This document shows, in pieces, positions 49,742 through 62,383 of a stretch of DNA of 64,000 bases. The stretch is from Lachnospiraceae bacterium. Lineage in GTDB: Bacteria > Bacillota > Clostridia > Lachnospirales > Lachnospiraceae. The stretch covers positions 16,607-80,606 of the forward strand of contig JAFOEY010000034.1 in the NCBI GenBank assembly GCA_017387565.1, written 5' to 3'. A program made the translations under genes and the position numbers. The notes below the pieces were generated by a model. That model saw only the letters and a list, made by a program, of their open reading frames with translations, was not told the origin of the DNA and ran no database searches. Each line of letters begins with the position of its first letter. The first letter of the stretch is position 1.

Positions 49742-51100
49742 TTAATCCAGACGCTTCAAATATATTTTACACAAAAACAGGCAAATCGTAAATGAAATAA
49801 TGATTGAAATTGGCTGGGCCTCCTGAATACCTGCCATCCCACGCAAATTAGCAAGCACTAACAGGGTCGGAATAAAAACAAGTCCACTCCGCAGACTGGA
49901 GCCGAAGCTGGCAAGCAATTTTGCTCCCGTACTCTGAAATCCCATTTCCACCATCATCGTAAGCGGGATAAACAACTGTCCAAGACACATCAGATGTAAA
50001 GCTCTGACTCCAAGCGAAATGACCTCTACATCATCCCTTAAAAGCCGAATCAAAAATGGAGCAAACACATACATTGGAATTGCTAAGATGAACAATACCA
50101 GTTCTTCTCCCAACAAAGCACGAAAGAATGCCTTTTTGACACGATCTTTTTTGCCTGCACCAAAATTAAAGCTGCTGATTGGCTGAAAGCCCTGTCCAAT
50201 CCCAATGGCAATCGCCATCGGGAAAAAGCTGATTCGTGAGACAATACTCATGGCCGCCACTGCTTCATCATGATATACGCCGGCCGCATTGTTTAACAAC
50301 ATGGTTGCAACACTGTTAAGTCCCTGCCTTAAAAGGCTTGGAAATCCTGTTGCCATCACATTCGCAATCGGACCGATTTCTCTTGCCACAAAGCGGATGG
50401 AAATTCTTGTCTGCGTCCTTTTCGTCAAAAACATTCCAAGCAGTATCATAAAACTAAACACCTGTGAAACCGCCGTTGCAATTCCCGCTCCGGCAATCCC
50501 AAGTTTGAATCCAAAAATGAGAAGGGCATCTAACCCGATATTTAACAAAGCACCGGTCATCATACCGACTGTTCCAAGCTTTGCCTTTCCTTCATATCGA
50601 AGTAAATTGTTCATGGTCAGACAGGACGTAAAAAACGGTGCTGCAAGCGCAATATAAGAAATATAGGTTTTTGCATAAGGAGCAATCGTACTTGTACTTC
50701 CCAAAACTCTGAGAATCGGATCCATAAACAAAAAAGTAGCAGCCATCATCAACAGTCCCATAAAAAAGGATAGAAAAAATCCTGTTGAAGTGTATTTTGT
50801 TGCCTCGCGGATATCTTTTTGTCCCAGCATTCTGGACATGATACTTCCTGCACCCTGTCCACACATAAAGGCAACCGCCTGCAAAATTGCCATAAATCCA
50901 AACACAACTCCGGTTGCACCACTCTGACTGGTTCCAAGCGTTCCCACAAAAGCAGTATCCACCAGATTATAAATATTGGTAATCATCATACTGATAATCG
51001 TAGGAACCGATAATCGCAACAGTAAATGTTCTACCGGCTCTGTCGTCATTTGTAGAAACTGTTTATTTTGTTTTTCCTGCTCCGTTTCCATATGGTTCAA
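49742..51100 (-). CDS. MATE family efflux transporter
   Basis: LSVPTIISMMITNIYNLVDTAFVG, LNIGLD, GIAGAGIAT, GFQPISSFNFGA. Confidence 0.92.
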   Translation of the reverse strand: MNHMETEQEKQNKQFLQMTTEPVEHLLLRLSVPTIISMMITNIYNLVDTAFVGTLGTSQSGATGVVFGFMAILQAVAFMCGQGAGSIMSRMLGQKDIREATKYTSTGFFLSFFMGLLMMAATFLFMDPILRVLGSTSTIAPYAKTYISYIALAAPFFTSCLTMNNLLRYEGKAKLGTVGMMTGALLNIGLDALLIFGFKLGIAGAGIATAVSQVFSFMILLGMFLTKRTQTRISIRFVAREIGPIANVMATGFPSLLRQGLNSVATMLLNNAAGVYHDEAVAAMSIVSRISFFPMAIAIGIGQGFQPISSFNFGAGKKDRVKKAFFRALLGEELVLFILAIPMYVFAPFLIRLLRDDVEVISLGVRALHLMCLGQLFIPLTMMVEMGFQSTGAKLLASFGSSLRSGLVFIPTLLVLANLRGMAGIQEAQPISIIISFTICLFLCKIYLKRLD

Positions 51101-51126
51101 ATGCTTCCTTTTATTTAACTATTATT

Positions 51127-51290
51127 TTGTAATTGTGTAGCTGAGTAAATTTGCTATTCTATCACAGACGCGTTCTCACTTGGATGACAACGTAACAGTA
51201 CTAAATTCGCAATAAATTGCTCATTAAGTGCTGACGTTGTCATACAGTCTGTGAGTAGAATGGCAAATTTACTCAGCTACACAATTGCAA
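51127..51290. repeat. Full copy of palindromic repeat family 1 (164 bp, REP/MITE-like)
   Basis: Arms of 43/44 nt with 41 matches. About 80-nt core identical to 55553-55633. Confidence 0.9.
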
Positions 51291-51291
51291 T

Positions 51292-51798
51292 TCATATCTC
51301 TTTCTCATAACAATAAAATGGCTGCTCATATAAAAAAACTTCTCCAACCTTTGAAAAGTGTAAATGACGGTACGAGCGCAAAGCCTTTTCGTTATATTTA
51401 TTTACAAGAAAATGAATACTTTTATAACCTCTCTTTTTAATCTCATGCATGGCACATTTTAGCATTTCCTGCGCCAGACCCTGATTCTGATATTCCACCT
51501 TAACCGCCAATCTTGCCACTTCTTTTCCCGGGGCAAGCTCTTTGGACCAGCATTCCAGCCTCTCCACTTCTTCATCCATATCAAGCGAAATGGCAGCAAT
51601 GATTTCACCGTTTGCATCTCTTTTAATCAACAGAGCATCCTGGGCCAGATCAAAATCAATCTCCCGTTCTGTCGGATATTGTTCCGTCCATGGACAAAAT
51701 TCACGCCCAAGCTGTGAGCGGTATAGATTTAATATTTCTTTTTTATCCGCTGCCGTCGCCAGCTCATATCTTTGTTCCACTGTTTTCTCCTTATTCAC
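51292..51798 (-). CDS. GNAT family N-acetyltransferase
   Basis: ARLAVKVEYQNQGLAQEML, NEKALRSY. Confidence 0.88.
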   Translation of the reverse strand: MNKEKTVEQRYELATAADKKEILNLYRSQLGREFCPWTEQYPTEREIDFDLAQDALLIKRDANGEIIAAISLDMDEEVERLECWSKELAPGKEVARLAVKVEYQNQGLAQEMLKCAMHEIKKRGYKSIHFLVNKYNEKALRSYRHLHFSKVGEVFLYEQPFYCYEKEI

Positions 51799-53627
51799 AC
51801 TTCCTGTTCTTCATGATAAAAAGTACATCTGCATCCTTTTATCTTTTTGCTTTCATAAAGCATCATATCAACCTGTTTATAGATTTCTCCGAAGGAAATC
51901 CGTTCATTTCCATCATACAGTGAAGCACCCACACTGATGCAAAGTTTTTCACCTTTCAGTTCCGGCAAATCGATGGTTTCCACACTCCGAAACAGTGCTT
52001 CTATCCGTTCATTCCCATCTTTCTCACTGTCAATTCCAGAAGCGTAAACCGAAAATTCATCACCGCCCAGACGCATAACGATATCATCTTCACCAAACAC
52101 ATCCTCTAAAGCTCTTGCAATGGCTATCAGTACTTTATCACCGACATCATGTCCATAGGTGTCATTAACTGCCTTAAAGCTGTCAACATCCAGTAAAAGC
52201 ATCATACCTTTTTGCTTTTTCAACAAACATTCCGCAATTTCCTTTTCCCCGTAACCACGGTTATATATGCCGGTCAGTTGATCAGTCTGGGAAAGCTTTA
52301 ACAGTTCCTTTTCTCTTCTTTTTTCTTTATCAATGACTTCCACTGCATATATGACATGATTAACGTGTTCTAAATCATTCCCTTCGACAATAAAACGGGC
52401 ACGACACCATCCACTTCTTTTTCCCACGAATTCATAAGACAAAGTACGGTTACCCTTCAACCGTTTTGGCAGCGTACTTAAATCAACGAATTGAACAATT
52501 CCTTCTTTAAATGGATCGGAAGTCATTCCTGCCATCGCATTGCGCAATTGTTGTGAAGCTGTCTGGGTCTTTTTATCAACAAAGCTGTTTATAATTTCAT
52601 TACTCTTGATTTCTACAATCCGGTCATTTTCGATATCAATCAGATGCATAGATACATAGATATTGGCAAGACTGATTAATCCGCTTGTTTTGGCTTGAAT
52701 CACCGTGGCATGGTTGCCTCTCTTTAATACCAGAATGACCACAAGCACAAGAAGGGTCAGGATTGCAAACATGGTAACAACAGTATCAGAAATCATATCT
52801 TTAAAGCTTATTGACAGACTGGGATTATCTGACCCAACCACCAGATACAACCCGAGACCTTCCATATACTTTGTAATGACATACCCCTCGTTTACTTTCT
52901 GATACTCATAATCCAGCTGTGATTTGTCTAAATCCATATCTTTCAATACCGTATTTTGAATATTGATATTGTCCACATCAATCTGAACCTGACCATCATC
53001 ATCTATCAGTGTAATCCGCACCTGATACTCATCCTGTGCTTCTACCAGCTCTTTTTGCAATTCATCCACAACCACGCTGACACCACAGACTCCAAGTAAA
53101 TTCCCGTTTTCATCCTCAATCCGGTTATCTACAAAGACCCTCCATTCACCTTGATGGTTTTCATCAACATCTATATCAAAATCATAATCAATATTTTGCT
53201 CCAAAAATAAGGAATACCAAATATCATACTCGTCATTTTGCGGATCCACAACTTTATTCAGTCCTGCCTGTGTATAGTATTTCAGACTATCAGCTGAAAC
53301 AACGAAAGCAGAAGTAATACCCATTCCATCAGTCAATGAACAAAGATATTCCTGCATAGTTTCTTCCATTTCCGTATCTGACAGTTCAGCTTCCTGTTTC
53401 AACAAAGAAATCAAAAAAGAATCGTGAGCCATGGTCTGTCCTATATTAAGTGGTCGCTGAAGATCTTTGTTTAAGCTGTCATAGATACTGCCCGCAATCA
53501 CTTTTGCATAGGATTCTTCATGACTATTCATAACCGTCTGCAAAGAATCAATGGAAACTGCAGTAGATATAAAAAAACTAACGATAATAAGTATTACAAC
53601 CAGATAACCAAAGTAATTTTTCTTCAT
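51795..53627 (-). CDS. Diguanylate cyclase (Cache-like sensor, PAS-like, GGDEF)
   Basis: Two TMs flanking a sensor domain, DQLTGIYNR, DVDSFKAVNDTYGHDVGD, RLGGDEF. No RxxD I-site (GEDD). Confidence 0.9.
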   Translation of the reverse strand: MKKNYFGYLVVILIIVSFFISTAVSIDSLQTVMNSHEESYAKVIAGSIYDSLNKDLQRPLNIGQTMAHDSFLISLLKQEAELSDTEMEETMQEYLCSLTDGMGITSAFVVSADSLKYYTQAGLNKVVDPQNDEYDIWYSLFLEQNIDYDFDIDVDENHQGEWRVFVDNRIEDENGNLLGVCGVSVVVDELQKELVEAQDEYQVRITLIDDDGQVQIDVDNINIQNTVLKDMDLDKSQLDYEYQKVNEGYVITKYMEGLGLYLVVGSDNPSLSISFKDMISDTVVTMFAILTLLVLVVILVLKRGNHATVIQAKTSGLISLANIYVSMHLIDIENDRIVEIKSNEIINSFVDKKTQTASQQLRNAMAGMTSDPFKEGIVQFVDLSTLPKRLKGNRTLSYEFVGKRSGWCRARFIVEGNDLEHVNHVIYAVEVIDKEKRREKELLKLSQTDQLTGIYNRGYGEKEIAECLLKKQKGMMLLLDVDSFKAVNDTYGHDVGDKVLIAIARALEDVFGEDDIVMRLGGDEFSVYASGIDSEKDGNERIEALFRSVETIDLPELKGEKLCISVGASLYDGNERISFGEIYKQVDMMLYESKKIKGCRCTFYHEEQEV

Positions 53628-53692
53628 ACTGATTACTCCATAAACGATATCCGAATTCTATATCATAGTATAGCTTTATCCTCAAAATGATA

Positions 53693-55063
53693 CTATGAAA
53701 TCGATTCTGACCGGTTTTCTCCTATGTGATTTACAACTCTTTTGAATATGATAATCATCATACATATGCTCACGCAAAGAGCAAAAACTTCCGCAATCGG
53801 GAATGCCCACCAGACATAAATGACATTGCCGAGTTTTGCTAACAACCATGCCGCCGGCAATAGGACAATCAATTGTCTGATTAAAGATACCCACATACTG
53901 TAGATTCCGTTACCGAGTGCCTGATAAAAACTACTGAAAACAATTCCGATAGCCGCAAGCGGGAAATGAAGGCTGATAATGCGCAGAGCCGGAACACCAA
54001 TCTCCATCATATGATCCGATGCTGCAAACATTTGTAAAAACAGTTTTGGAACTGCATGGAACAAAAGTAATCCGACTAACATGATTCCCATGGCATAAGT
54101 AACAGCAAGCTTTAAAGTCTTAACCACACGTTCCCGTTTTCCGGCACCATAATTATATGCAATAATAGGCACCATACCGTTGTTTAATCCAAACACCGGC
54201 ATAAAGATAAAACTCTGAATTTTGAAATAAACCCCAAATACAGCCGCTGCCGTCGAAGAAAAGGATATCAAAATCCGGTTCATGCCATATGTCATCACAG
54301 AACCGATTGCCTGCATGATAATAGACGGAATTCCGACTGAATAAATTTTCCCGATTACCGGAAGATCCGGTTTAAAACCTTTCAGACCAAGCGAAATTTC
54401 TTTATTATATTTCAGATTGAAAAATAAAGCCAGTCCGCTGCCCACACATTGTCCGAAAATCGTTGCAACTGCAGCTCCTGCCACGCCTAACTTTGGCATA
54501 CCAAACAGCCCAAAAATCAAAATCGGATCCATAACAATGTTAATAATCGCACCAACCGACTGGGTAATCATGGAATAAAATGTTTTCCCGGTCGACTGCA
54601 ATAGTTTTTCCAGCATCATCTGCATCAACATACCGATTGAAAAAATACAGACAATGGACAAATACTGAATTCCATAAGTAACAATTTCCGTATCATCTGT
54701 CTGACTATGATAAAATGGGCCGACAAAAAAAATACCGATTGCCAAAGCAATCAGATAGGTCATAACTGCTAAAAACAAACCGTTTACTGCTGCCTTACTC
54801 GCTTTTTTACTATCTTTTTCTCCCAAGGCTTTGGATAAAACGGCATTTACACCGACACCGGTTCCCGTACTAAGTGCAATTAACAATGCCTGCATCGGAA
54901 ATGCCAGCGAAACCGCGGTCAAAGCATTTTCATTGATTCTGGATACAAAAATACTGTCAACAATATTGTAAAGTGCCTGCACTAACATAGATATCATCAT
55001 GGGGAGCGACATACTCATTAACAACCGGTTAACCGGCATTACTCCCATCTTATTTTCTTCCAT
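53693..55063 (-). CDS. MATE family efflux transporter
   Basis: SLPMMISMLVQALYNIVDSIFVS, GVAGAAVAT, YNYGAG. Confidence 0.92.
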   Translation of the reverse strand: MEENKMGVMPVNRLLMSMSLPMMISMLVQALYNIVDSIFVSRINENALTAVSLAFPMQALLIALSTGTGVGVNAVLSKALGEKDSKKASKAAVNGLFLAVMTYLIALAIGIFFVGPFYHSQTDDTEIVTYGIQYLSIVCIFSIGMLMQMMLEKLLQSTGKTFYSMITQSVGAIINIVMDPILIFGLFGMPKLGVAGAAVATIFGQCVGSGLALFFNLKYNKEISLGLKGFKPDLPVIGKIYSVGIPSIIMQAIGSVMTYGMNRILISFSSTAAAVFGVYFKIQSFIFMPVFGLNNGMVPIIAYNYGAGKRERVVKTLKLAVTYAMGIMLVGLLLFHAVPKLFLQMFAASDHMMEIGVPALRIISLHFPLAAIGIVFSSFYQALGNGIYSMWVSLIRQLIVLLPAAWLLAKLGNVIYVWWAFPIAEVFALCVSICMMIIIFKRVVNHIGENRSESIS

Positions 55064-55072
55064 TTTTACTCC

Positions 55073-55495
55073 TCACAAATTTAAATTTTTCAACTGCTCC
55101 ACACCACGAAGGCGCGCCATAGCCCTTGCCATGGATGCCTGCGAAACATGATATTCCATCAGGCTCTGTTTTTGCTGCAGTTGTTCTTTTGCACGCTCTA
55201 AAGCTGCCTGAGCACGGAATTTGTCAATTTCTTCCGGTTTTTCCGCCGAATAAACCAAAACATTGACCAGATTATGCTCGACCTTAATCAGACCATCGGA
55301 CACAATCGCTCTTTGCCATTTTGTTTCTCCGGGCTTTCGAAAACGGATTTCTCCGACTTCGATGGTTGTGGTCATGGGCTCATGATTTGCTAAAATTGCC
55401 ATTTCTCCATCATATCCGGGAAAGACAAAGCTTTCGCATTCTCCATCGTAAAACACTTTATCACACGCTATAATTTTTAACAAAAAACCATTCAT
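55073..55495 (-). CDS. atpC: F1Fo ATP synthase epsilon
   Basis: GEMAILANHEP, AE.PEEID..RA..A.ERA. Confidence 0.93.
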   Translation of the reverse strand: MNGFLLKIIACDKVFYDGECESFVFPGYDGEMAILANHEPMTTTIEVGEIRFRKPGETKWQRAIVSDGLIKVEHNLVNVLVYSAEKPEEIDKFRAQAALERAKEQLQQKQSLMEYHVSQASMARAMARLRGVEQLKNLNL

Positions 55496-55520
55496 ATTAT
55501 TCCCTGATTTCTAATTTCTC

Positions 55521-55692
55521 GTTTTGCAATTGTGTTTCCACGAAATTTGCATATTCTATCACAGACGCGTTCTCACTTGGATGACAACGTAACAGTACTA
55601 AATTCGCAATAAATTGCTCATTAAGTGCTGACGCCCACATACAGTCTGTGAGTAGAATACGCAAACTTTCTTAGGAAACACAATTGCAAAAC
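55521..55692. repeat. Full copy of palindromic family 1 between atpD and atpC
   Basis: GTTTTGCAATTGTG...CACAATTGCAAAAC termini, core identical to the 51127 copy. Confidence 0.9.
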
Positions 55693-55694
55693 GG

Positions 55695-58048
<2,354 letters not shown>

Positions 58049-58053
58049 ACCTA

Positions 58054-60069
58054 TCACTCTCGATTCTTAAATTCCAATGCAGCTTCTAAGATAGCCTCTT
58101 TGGTATCGTCTTCCAGCATCTTTGTCGTATTGAGTTTACTGATAATCTCTTTACAGTTCTCCTCAAAATACGCAAGTAAATCCATCTGGAATGGTTTGAT
58201 ATCATTCTCTTTCAAATCGCTGAACACCTTGCCGTTAGCACATACTAACGTAATAACCTGTTCTGCCATGCTAAACGGACGATTAAGCGGCTGTTTTAAC
58301 AGCTCCATCAGTGCATGACCGTGTGCTAACTGCTTTTTGGTACTCTCATCCAGATCCGATGAAAACTGTGTAAACACCTGCATCTCACGATACTGTGCCA
58401 AATCAATACGGATGCTTCCTGCTGCTTTTTTCATCGCCTTTGTCTGTGCCGCACCACCCACACGTGAAACCGATAACCCAACATTTACCGCAGGGCGTTG
58501 ACCGGCAAAGAACAACTGGCTTTCTAAATAAATCTGACCGTCCGTAATAGAAATAACATTCGTCGGAATATATGCCGAAACATCGCCTGCCTGCGTCTCA
58601 ATAATCGGAAGTGCCGTAATAGAACCGCCTCCTGCTTCCGGTGTCAGACGAGCCGAACGCTCCAACAAGCGGGAATGCAAATAAAAGACATCTCCCGGAT
58701 AAGCTTCACGACCCGGTGAACGCTCTAACAACAGAGAAATGGCACGATAGGCCACAGCGTGTTTGGACAAATCATCATAAACGATGAGGACATCCTTTCC
58801 CTGATACATAAAATACTCTGCAATCGCCGTGCCGGCATAAGGTGCAATGTACTGAAGTGGTGCCGGATCAGATGCCGTGGATGAAACTACGATGGTATAA
58901 TCCATAGCATGATTTACTTTTAAATTATTTACCAGTTTTGCAACCGTCGAAGCCTTTTGTCCGATGGCTACGTATACACAAATAACATCTTTCCCTTTTT
59001 GATTGATAATGGTATCGGTCGCAATACTGGTCTTTCCCGTCTGCCTGTCACCGATAATCAGCTCTCTTTGTCCTCTTCCGATTGGAAACATAGAATCAAT
59101 TGCAAGAATACCTGTCTCTAACGGTTCCGATACGGATTTACGGTCCACAATTCCCGGTGCGGGAGTTTCCATCGGGCGAAAGCTCTCGGTTTTGATCTCG
59201 CCTTTTCCGTCGATGGGATTTCCAAGTGCATCAATGACTCTTCCCATTAAAGCATCTCCCACGGAAATGCCCGCCATTTTTCCGGTTCGCACCACGCGAC
59301 TGCCTTCCTTGATTTCCGTATCCCTGCCAAACAAAATGACACCGATTTCATCGCGGCGAACATCCTGAACCATACCTTTTACGCCACAATCAAACAATAC
59401 AATTTCTCCATAAAAAGCATGATCAATTCCATCTACATTGGCAATTCCGTCGCCAACCCAGTTTACAACACCGATTTCTTTGTTTTTGGCTTCCAGTTCA
59501 AAATCTTCGATACCGGCTTTCAAAATAGAAATAATTCCTTCTGTGCTGACGGATGTATCTTCTGCCAGAACAGAGACTTTTGCCTTAAGCTGCTCTAATC
59601 GTCCTTTTTCGCTCCAGTCATATTCTTTGCTACCGATTCGCAGAATAAAACCGCTTTTTAAGGACTTATCTTCTTCCATCAAAAGATCCATATCCGGCTT
59701 TTCAAACTCTTTTTCCAAAAAACGACGAATGCCGGCTAACTGTTCATCAGACGGCTTGGTAACATAGACTAACGTAGCCGTTTCTTGCCGTTCCTTTTTA
59801 TTCTCACCGGCCAGTTTCCTGTATTTACAGATATCATCCCATAAAGCAAAATCCCCGTTATCACAGAGTAACTTTAAAAAGTTCCGGATTTCTTTTGGAA
59901 ATACACGGTCAATGATGATGTGCTTTTTTTCCAAAGAAACGGTCGGATCTTCAAAATCCATCCGAATCTGAGGCACAGCCTCCATGATGCCGGATACTTC
60001 TTTTAAAATATCGTTGCCGATTTTGCCATTTATCAGGTCTGTTGCATAATTTTGTGCTGTTAAAGTCAC
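58054..60069 (-). CDS. atpA: F1Fo ATP synthase delta-alpha fusion
   Basis: About 165-aa N-terminal OSCP/delta-like domain (EIRNFLKLL...[21 protein letters not shown]) in frame with alpha ([28 protein letters not shown]). Confidence 0.92.
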   Translation of the reverse strand: MTLTAQNYATDLINGKIGNDILKEVSGIMEAVPQIRMDFEDPTVSLEKKHIIIDRVFPKEIRNFLKLLCDNGDFALWDDICKYRKLAGENKKERQETATLVYVTKPSDEQLAGIRRFLEKEFEKPDMDLLMEEDKSLKSGFILRIGSKEYDWSEKGRLEQLKAKVSVLAEDTSVSTEGIISILKAGIEDFELEAKNKEIGVVNWVGDGIANVDGIDHAFYGEIVLFDCGVKGMVQDVRRDEIGVILFGRDTEIKEGSRVVRTGKMAGISVGDALMGRVIDALGNPIDGKGEIKTESFRPMETPAPGIVDRKSVSEPLETGILAIDSMFPIGRGQRELIIGDRQTGKTSIATDTIINQKGKDVICVYVAIGQKASTVAKLVNNLKVNHAMDYTIVVSSTASDPAPLQYIAPYAGTAIAEYFMYQGKDVLIVYDDLSKHAVAYRAISLLLERSPGREAYPGDVFYLHSRLLERSARLTPEAGGGSITALPIIETQAGDVSAYIPTNVISITDGQIYLESQLFFAGQRPAVNVGLSVSRVGGAAQTKAMKKAAGSIRIDLAQYREMQVFTQFSSDLDESTKKQLAHGHALMELLKQPLNRPFSMAEQVITLVCANGKVFSDLKENDIKPFQMDLLAYFEENCKEIISKLNTTKMLEDDTKEAILEAALEFKNRE

Positions 60070-60551
60070 TCTTTTTCACCTGCTTTATTTAAAAATTTGT
60101 CATATAGTGCACTGTCTGCATCTGCGTTTCCCGCTGTGCAGACCACTTTGGAAGCAGCATCCACAACCATGGAAGCAATTTCCGATTTTGCACTCTTTAA
60201 AATCTGTTCTTTTTGGCTTTCCGCTTTTGATACTGCGGATGAAACAACATCATCAGCGGCATCTTGTGCATCTTTCAGGATTTTCTGGTATTCTGCATCG
60301 GCATCTTTTCTGGCCTTAGCCAAAATCTTTTTCTTTTCCGCTTCCGCTTCCGCTAAAGACGCCTCATACCGGTTCTTTAAGTCTTCTGCCTGTTCCTGTT
60401 TTTCTTTCACCTCTTCAAACTGTCTGTCTGCCTCAGCCTGTCTATCTTCGATAATCTTTTTAATCGGTTTAAAGAAAAAAATACGCATTGCAACGAAAAG
60501 CAGCAAAAGATTTATAATTGTAAATACTAAATTTATATCAACCTTGAGCAT
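60066..60551 (-). CDS. atpF: Fo subunit b
   Basis: N-terminal TM (INLLLLF...FFKPI..IIEDRQ) plus Ala/Lys/Glu coiled coil. Confidence 0.92.
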   Translation of the reverse strand: MLKVDINLVFTIINLLLLFVAMRIFFFKPIKKIIEDRQAEADRQFEEVKEKQEQAEDLKNRYEASLAEAEAEKKKILAKARKDADAEYQKILKDAQDAADDVVSSAVSKAESQKEQILKSAKSEIASMVVDAASKVVCTAGNADADSALYDKFLNKAGEKE

Positions 60552-60765
60552 TTTCTGCCCTGCCTTTCCTCGTATTCCGCGCCCGCTTATACAGCGCGAA
60601 GTTATCCATTGCTAACTAATGTCAGCTATTACTCATTTCGTAACTATTGCTTACGATTACAGTCATTTCTTATATCACTACTATTGCTGACTATTATAGT
60701 CATTGCTTATAGTGCAACTGTTACTAAGTATTACAGTTGTTACTGACCATTACACCGATTGCCGG

Positions 60766-60990
60766 CTACTTGAGCATAACAATAATCATAAGGGCAATTA
60801 CAAAACCGTAAATAGCAGTTGCCTCTGCCAATGCACAACCCAAAATCAATGTCGAATTAATCTTTCCGGCAGCCTCCGGCTGTCTCGCAATCGCTTCCGA
60901 TGCCTTACCGGTTGCAATACCGATACCAATACCTGCTCCCAATGCACAAAATACTGCAATACCTGCTCCAATAGCAATTAATGAATTCAT
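60766..60990 (-). CDS. atpE: Fo subunit c (H+-type signature)
   Basis: [21 protein letters not shown]. Start at 60990 is 8 nt after AGGAG. Confidence 0.95.
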   Translation of the reverse strand: MNSLIAIGAGIAVFCALGAGIGIGIATGKASEAIARQPEAAGKINSTLILGCALAEATAIYGFVIALMIIVMLK

Positions 60991-61012
60991 AATCATATCT
61001 CCTTTTTCTCTG

Positions 61013-61057
61013 TTTGATTTTTCTGTTTTTGATTTTTCTATTTTTGATTTTTCTGTT
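61013..61057. repeat. 15-bp tandem repeat x3 directly upstream of the atpE RBS
   Basis: TTTGATTTTTCT(G/A)TT at 61013, 61028 and 61043. Confidence 0.85.
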
Positions 61058-61233
61058 TTGTTTTTAATTTTTCTGTTATATCTTATTATTTTATTGTGTA
61101 TTATTCTGTTTCTTATCTTTGTTTCAATATTCTTTTTTTGAATTATTTTTTACTTTGTTTGTATCAGCACTAAATTCTGAAACTCCCACTTTATTTTGCC
61201 GTAATAATTCATTTTGTTTTAGTCAGCTCTTGC

Positions 61234-61920
61234 TTACTCAATAGCCTCGGATATATACATGGACGTCAGAAACACAAATACATATGCCTGCAGCAATCCG
61301 TCAAATAAATCAAAATACAAACTGAAAACCGCCGGTAAAAATACAGGTACAACAATCTTGATCAGTTCCATGATGACAAATGCTCCCAGAACATTACCGA
61401 AAAGACGCATGCACAAAGATAGCGGTCTTGTAAACACTTCCAAAATGTTGATGGGAGTAACAATCGCCACCGGTTCCGTAAAATGATGCAGCCATTTTCT
61501 GACACCTTTATGGTAAATTCCTGCTGCTTCCACAAGCACGATACTCATAACAGAAAGCGCAATGGTAACATTCAAATCCTTGGTGGGCGATTTCATTCCA
61601 AATAATCCAATCATATTGGATAGCCCTATGTAAAGCAAAACCGTAATCAGATAGGGAACAAATCCCTTTCCCTTCGGCCCGATCATTCCTTCCACCAGAC
61701 CGGTCAATTTGGTATAAATGAGTTCGGCAACCGCCTGCCTTTTACTGATATGATCAATCTTTAAATCCCAGGTCATAATCACGGCACCGCCAATCAGAAC
61801 AGCCATGATAATCCAGGTCACCACAACCGATTCCGACACCCCGATTCCACCGAAAACCGGAATTGTAAAGACAGTTTCACATTCCAGTTCGGTCATCAGT
61901 TTAGAAGCCAGATCTTCCAA
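61234..61920 (-). CDS. atpB: Fo subunit a
   Basis: PTKDLNVT, PINILE.FTRPLSL..RLFGN, LQAYVF..LT. Confidence 0.95.
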   Translation of the reverse strand: MEDLASKLMTELECETVFTIPVFGGIGVSESVVVTWIIMAVLIGGAVIMTWDLKIDHISKRQAVAELIYTKLTGLVEGMIGPKGKGFVPYLITVLLYIGLSNMIGLFGMKSPTKDLNVTIALSVMSIVLVEAAGIYHKGVRKWLHHFTEPVAIVTPINILEVFTRPLSLCMRLFGNVLGAFVIMELIKIVVPVFLPAVFSLYFDLFDGLLQAYVFVFLTSMYISEAIE

Positions 61921-62134
61921 GAAACCATCTCCTTTTTATTTTTATAACTGCAACACAGTGTTGCAGACAGAATGATAAACAAAATCCCCAAAATATAGTA
62001 TTTGTTTTCTCTGCTAAAATCTATATGTAGTTTAACTCTTTTACATTGGGAATGCAAGATTTCTGTTCCCGATATTTACCAAAATAAAAATACGATTTTT
62101 TCACTTTTAAATTCGCAGCTTGGGGAATACAGCA

Positions 62135-62361
62135 AGTCGTCCTTGCAGAAAATGATATATCGTTGCTCGCCGGCTTTTACGAGGTCTTGTGCTTTTCTTA
62201 GTGGCATGCTCACAAAAATAATGCCCGGTTTCAACTGTCTGAAGACGAAGTCTGAGTTTTGAAACCGGGCATTTAATAAATTTTTGTGAGCATGCCGCTT
62301 AGAAAAGCTAAAAACCGGAGTACGAGGCGACAACGATATATCATTTTCTGCAAGGACGACT
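62135..62361. repeat. 227-bp nested near-perfect palindrome (MITE/REP-like) upstream of the atp operon
   Basis: Outer arms AGTCGTCCTTGCAGAAAATGATATATCGTTG(C)TCGCC. Inner arms GCTTTTCT..TGGCATGCTCACAAAAAT and AATGCCCGGTTTCAA. Confidence 0.9.
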
Positions 62362-62383
62362 AGCCCCCACCAAGAATGTTAAT

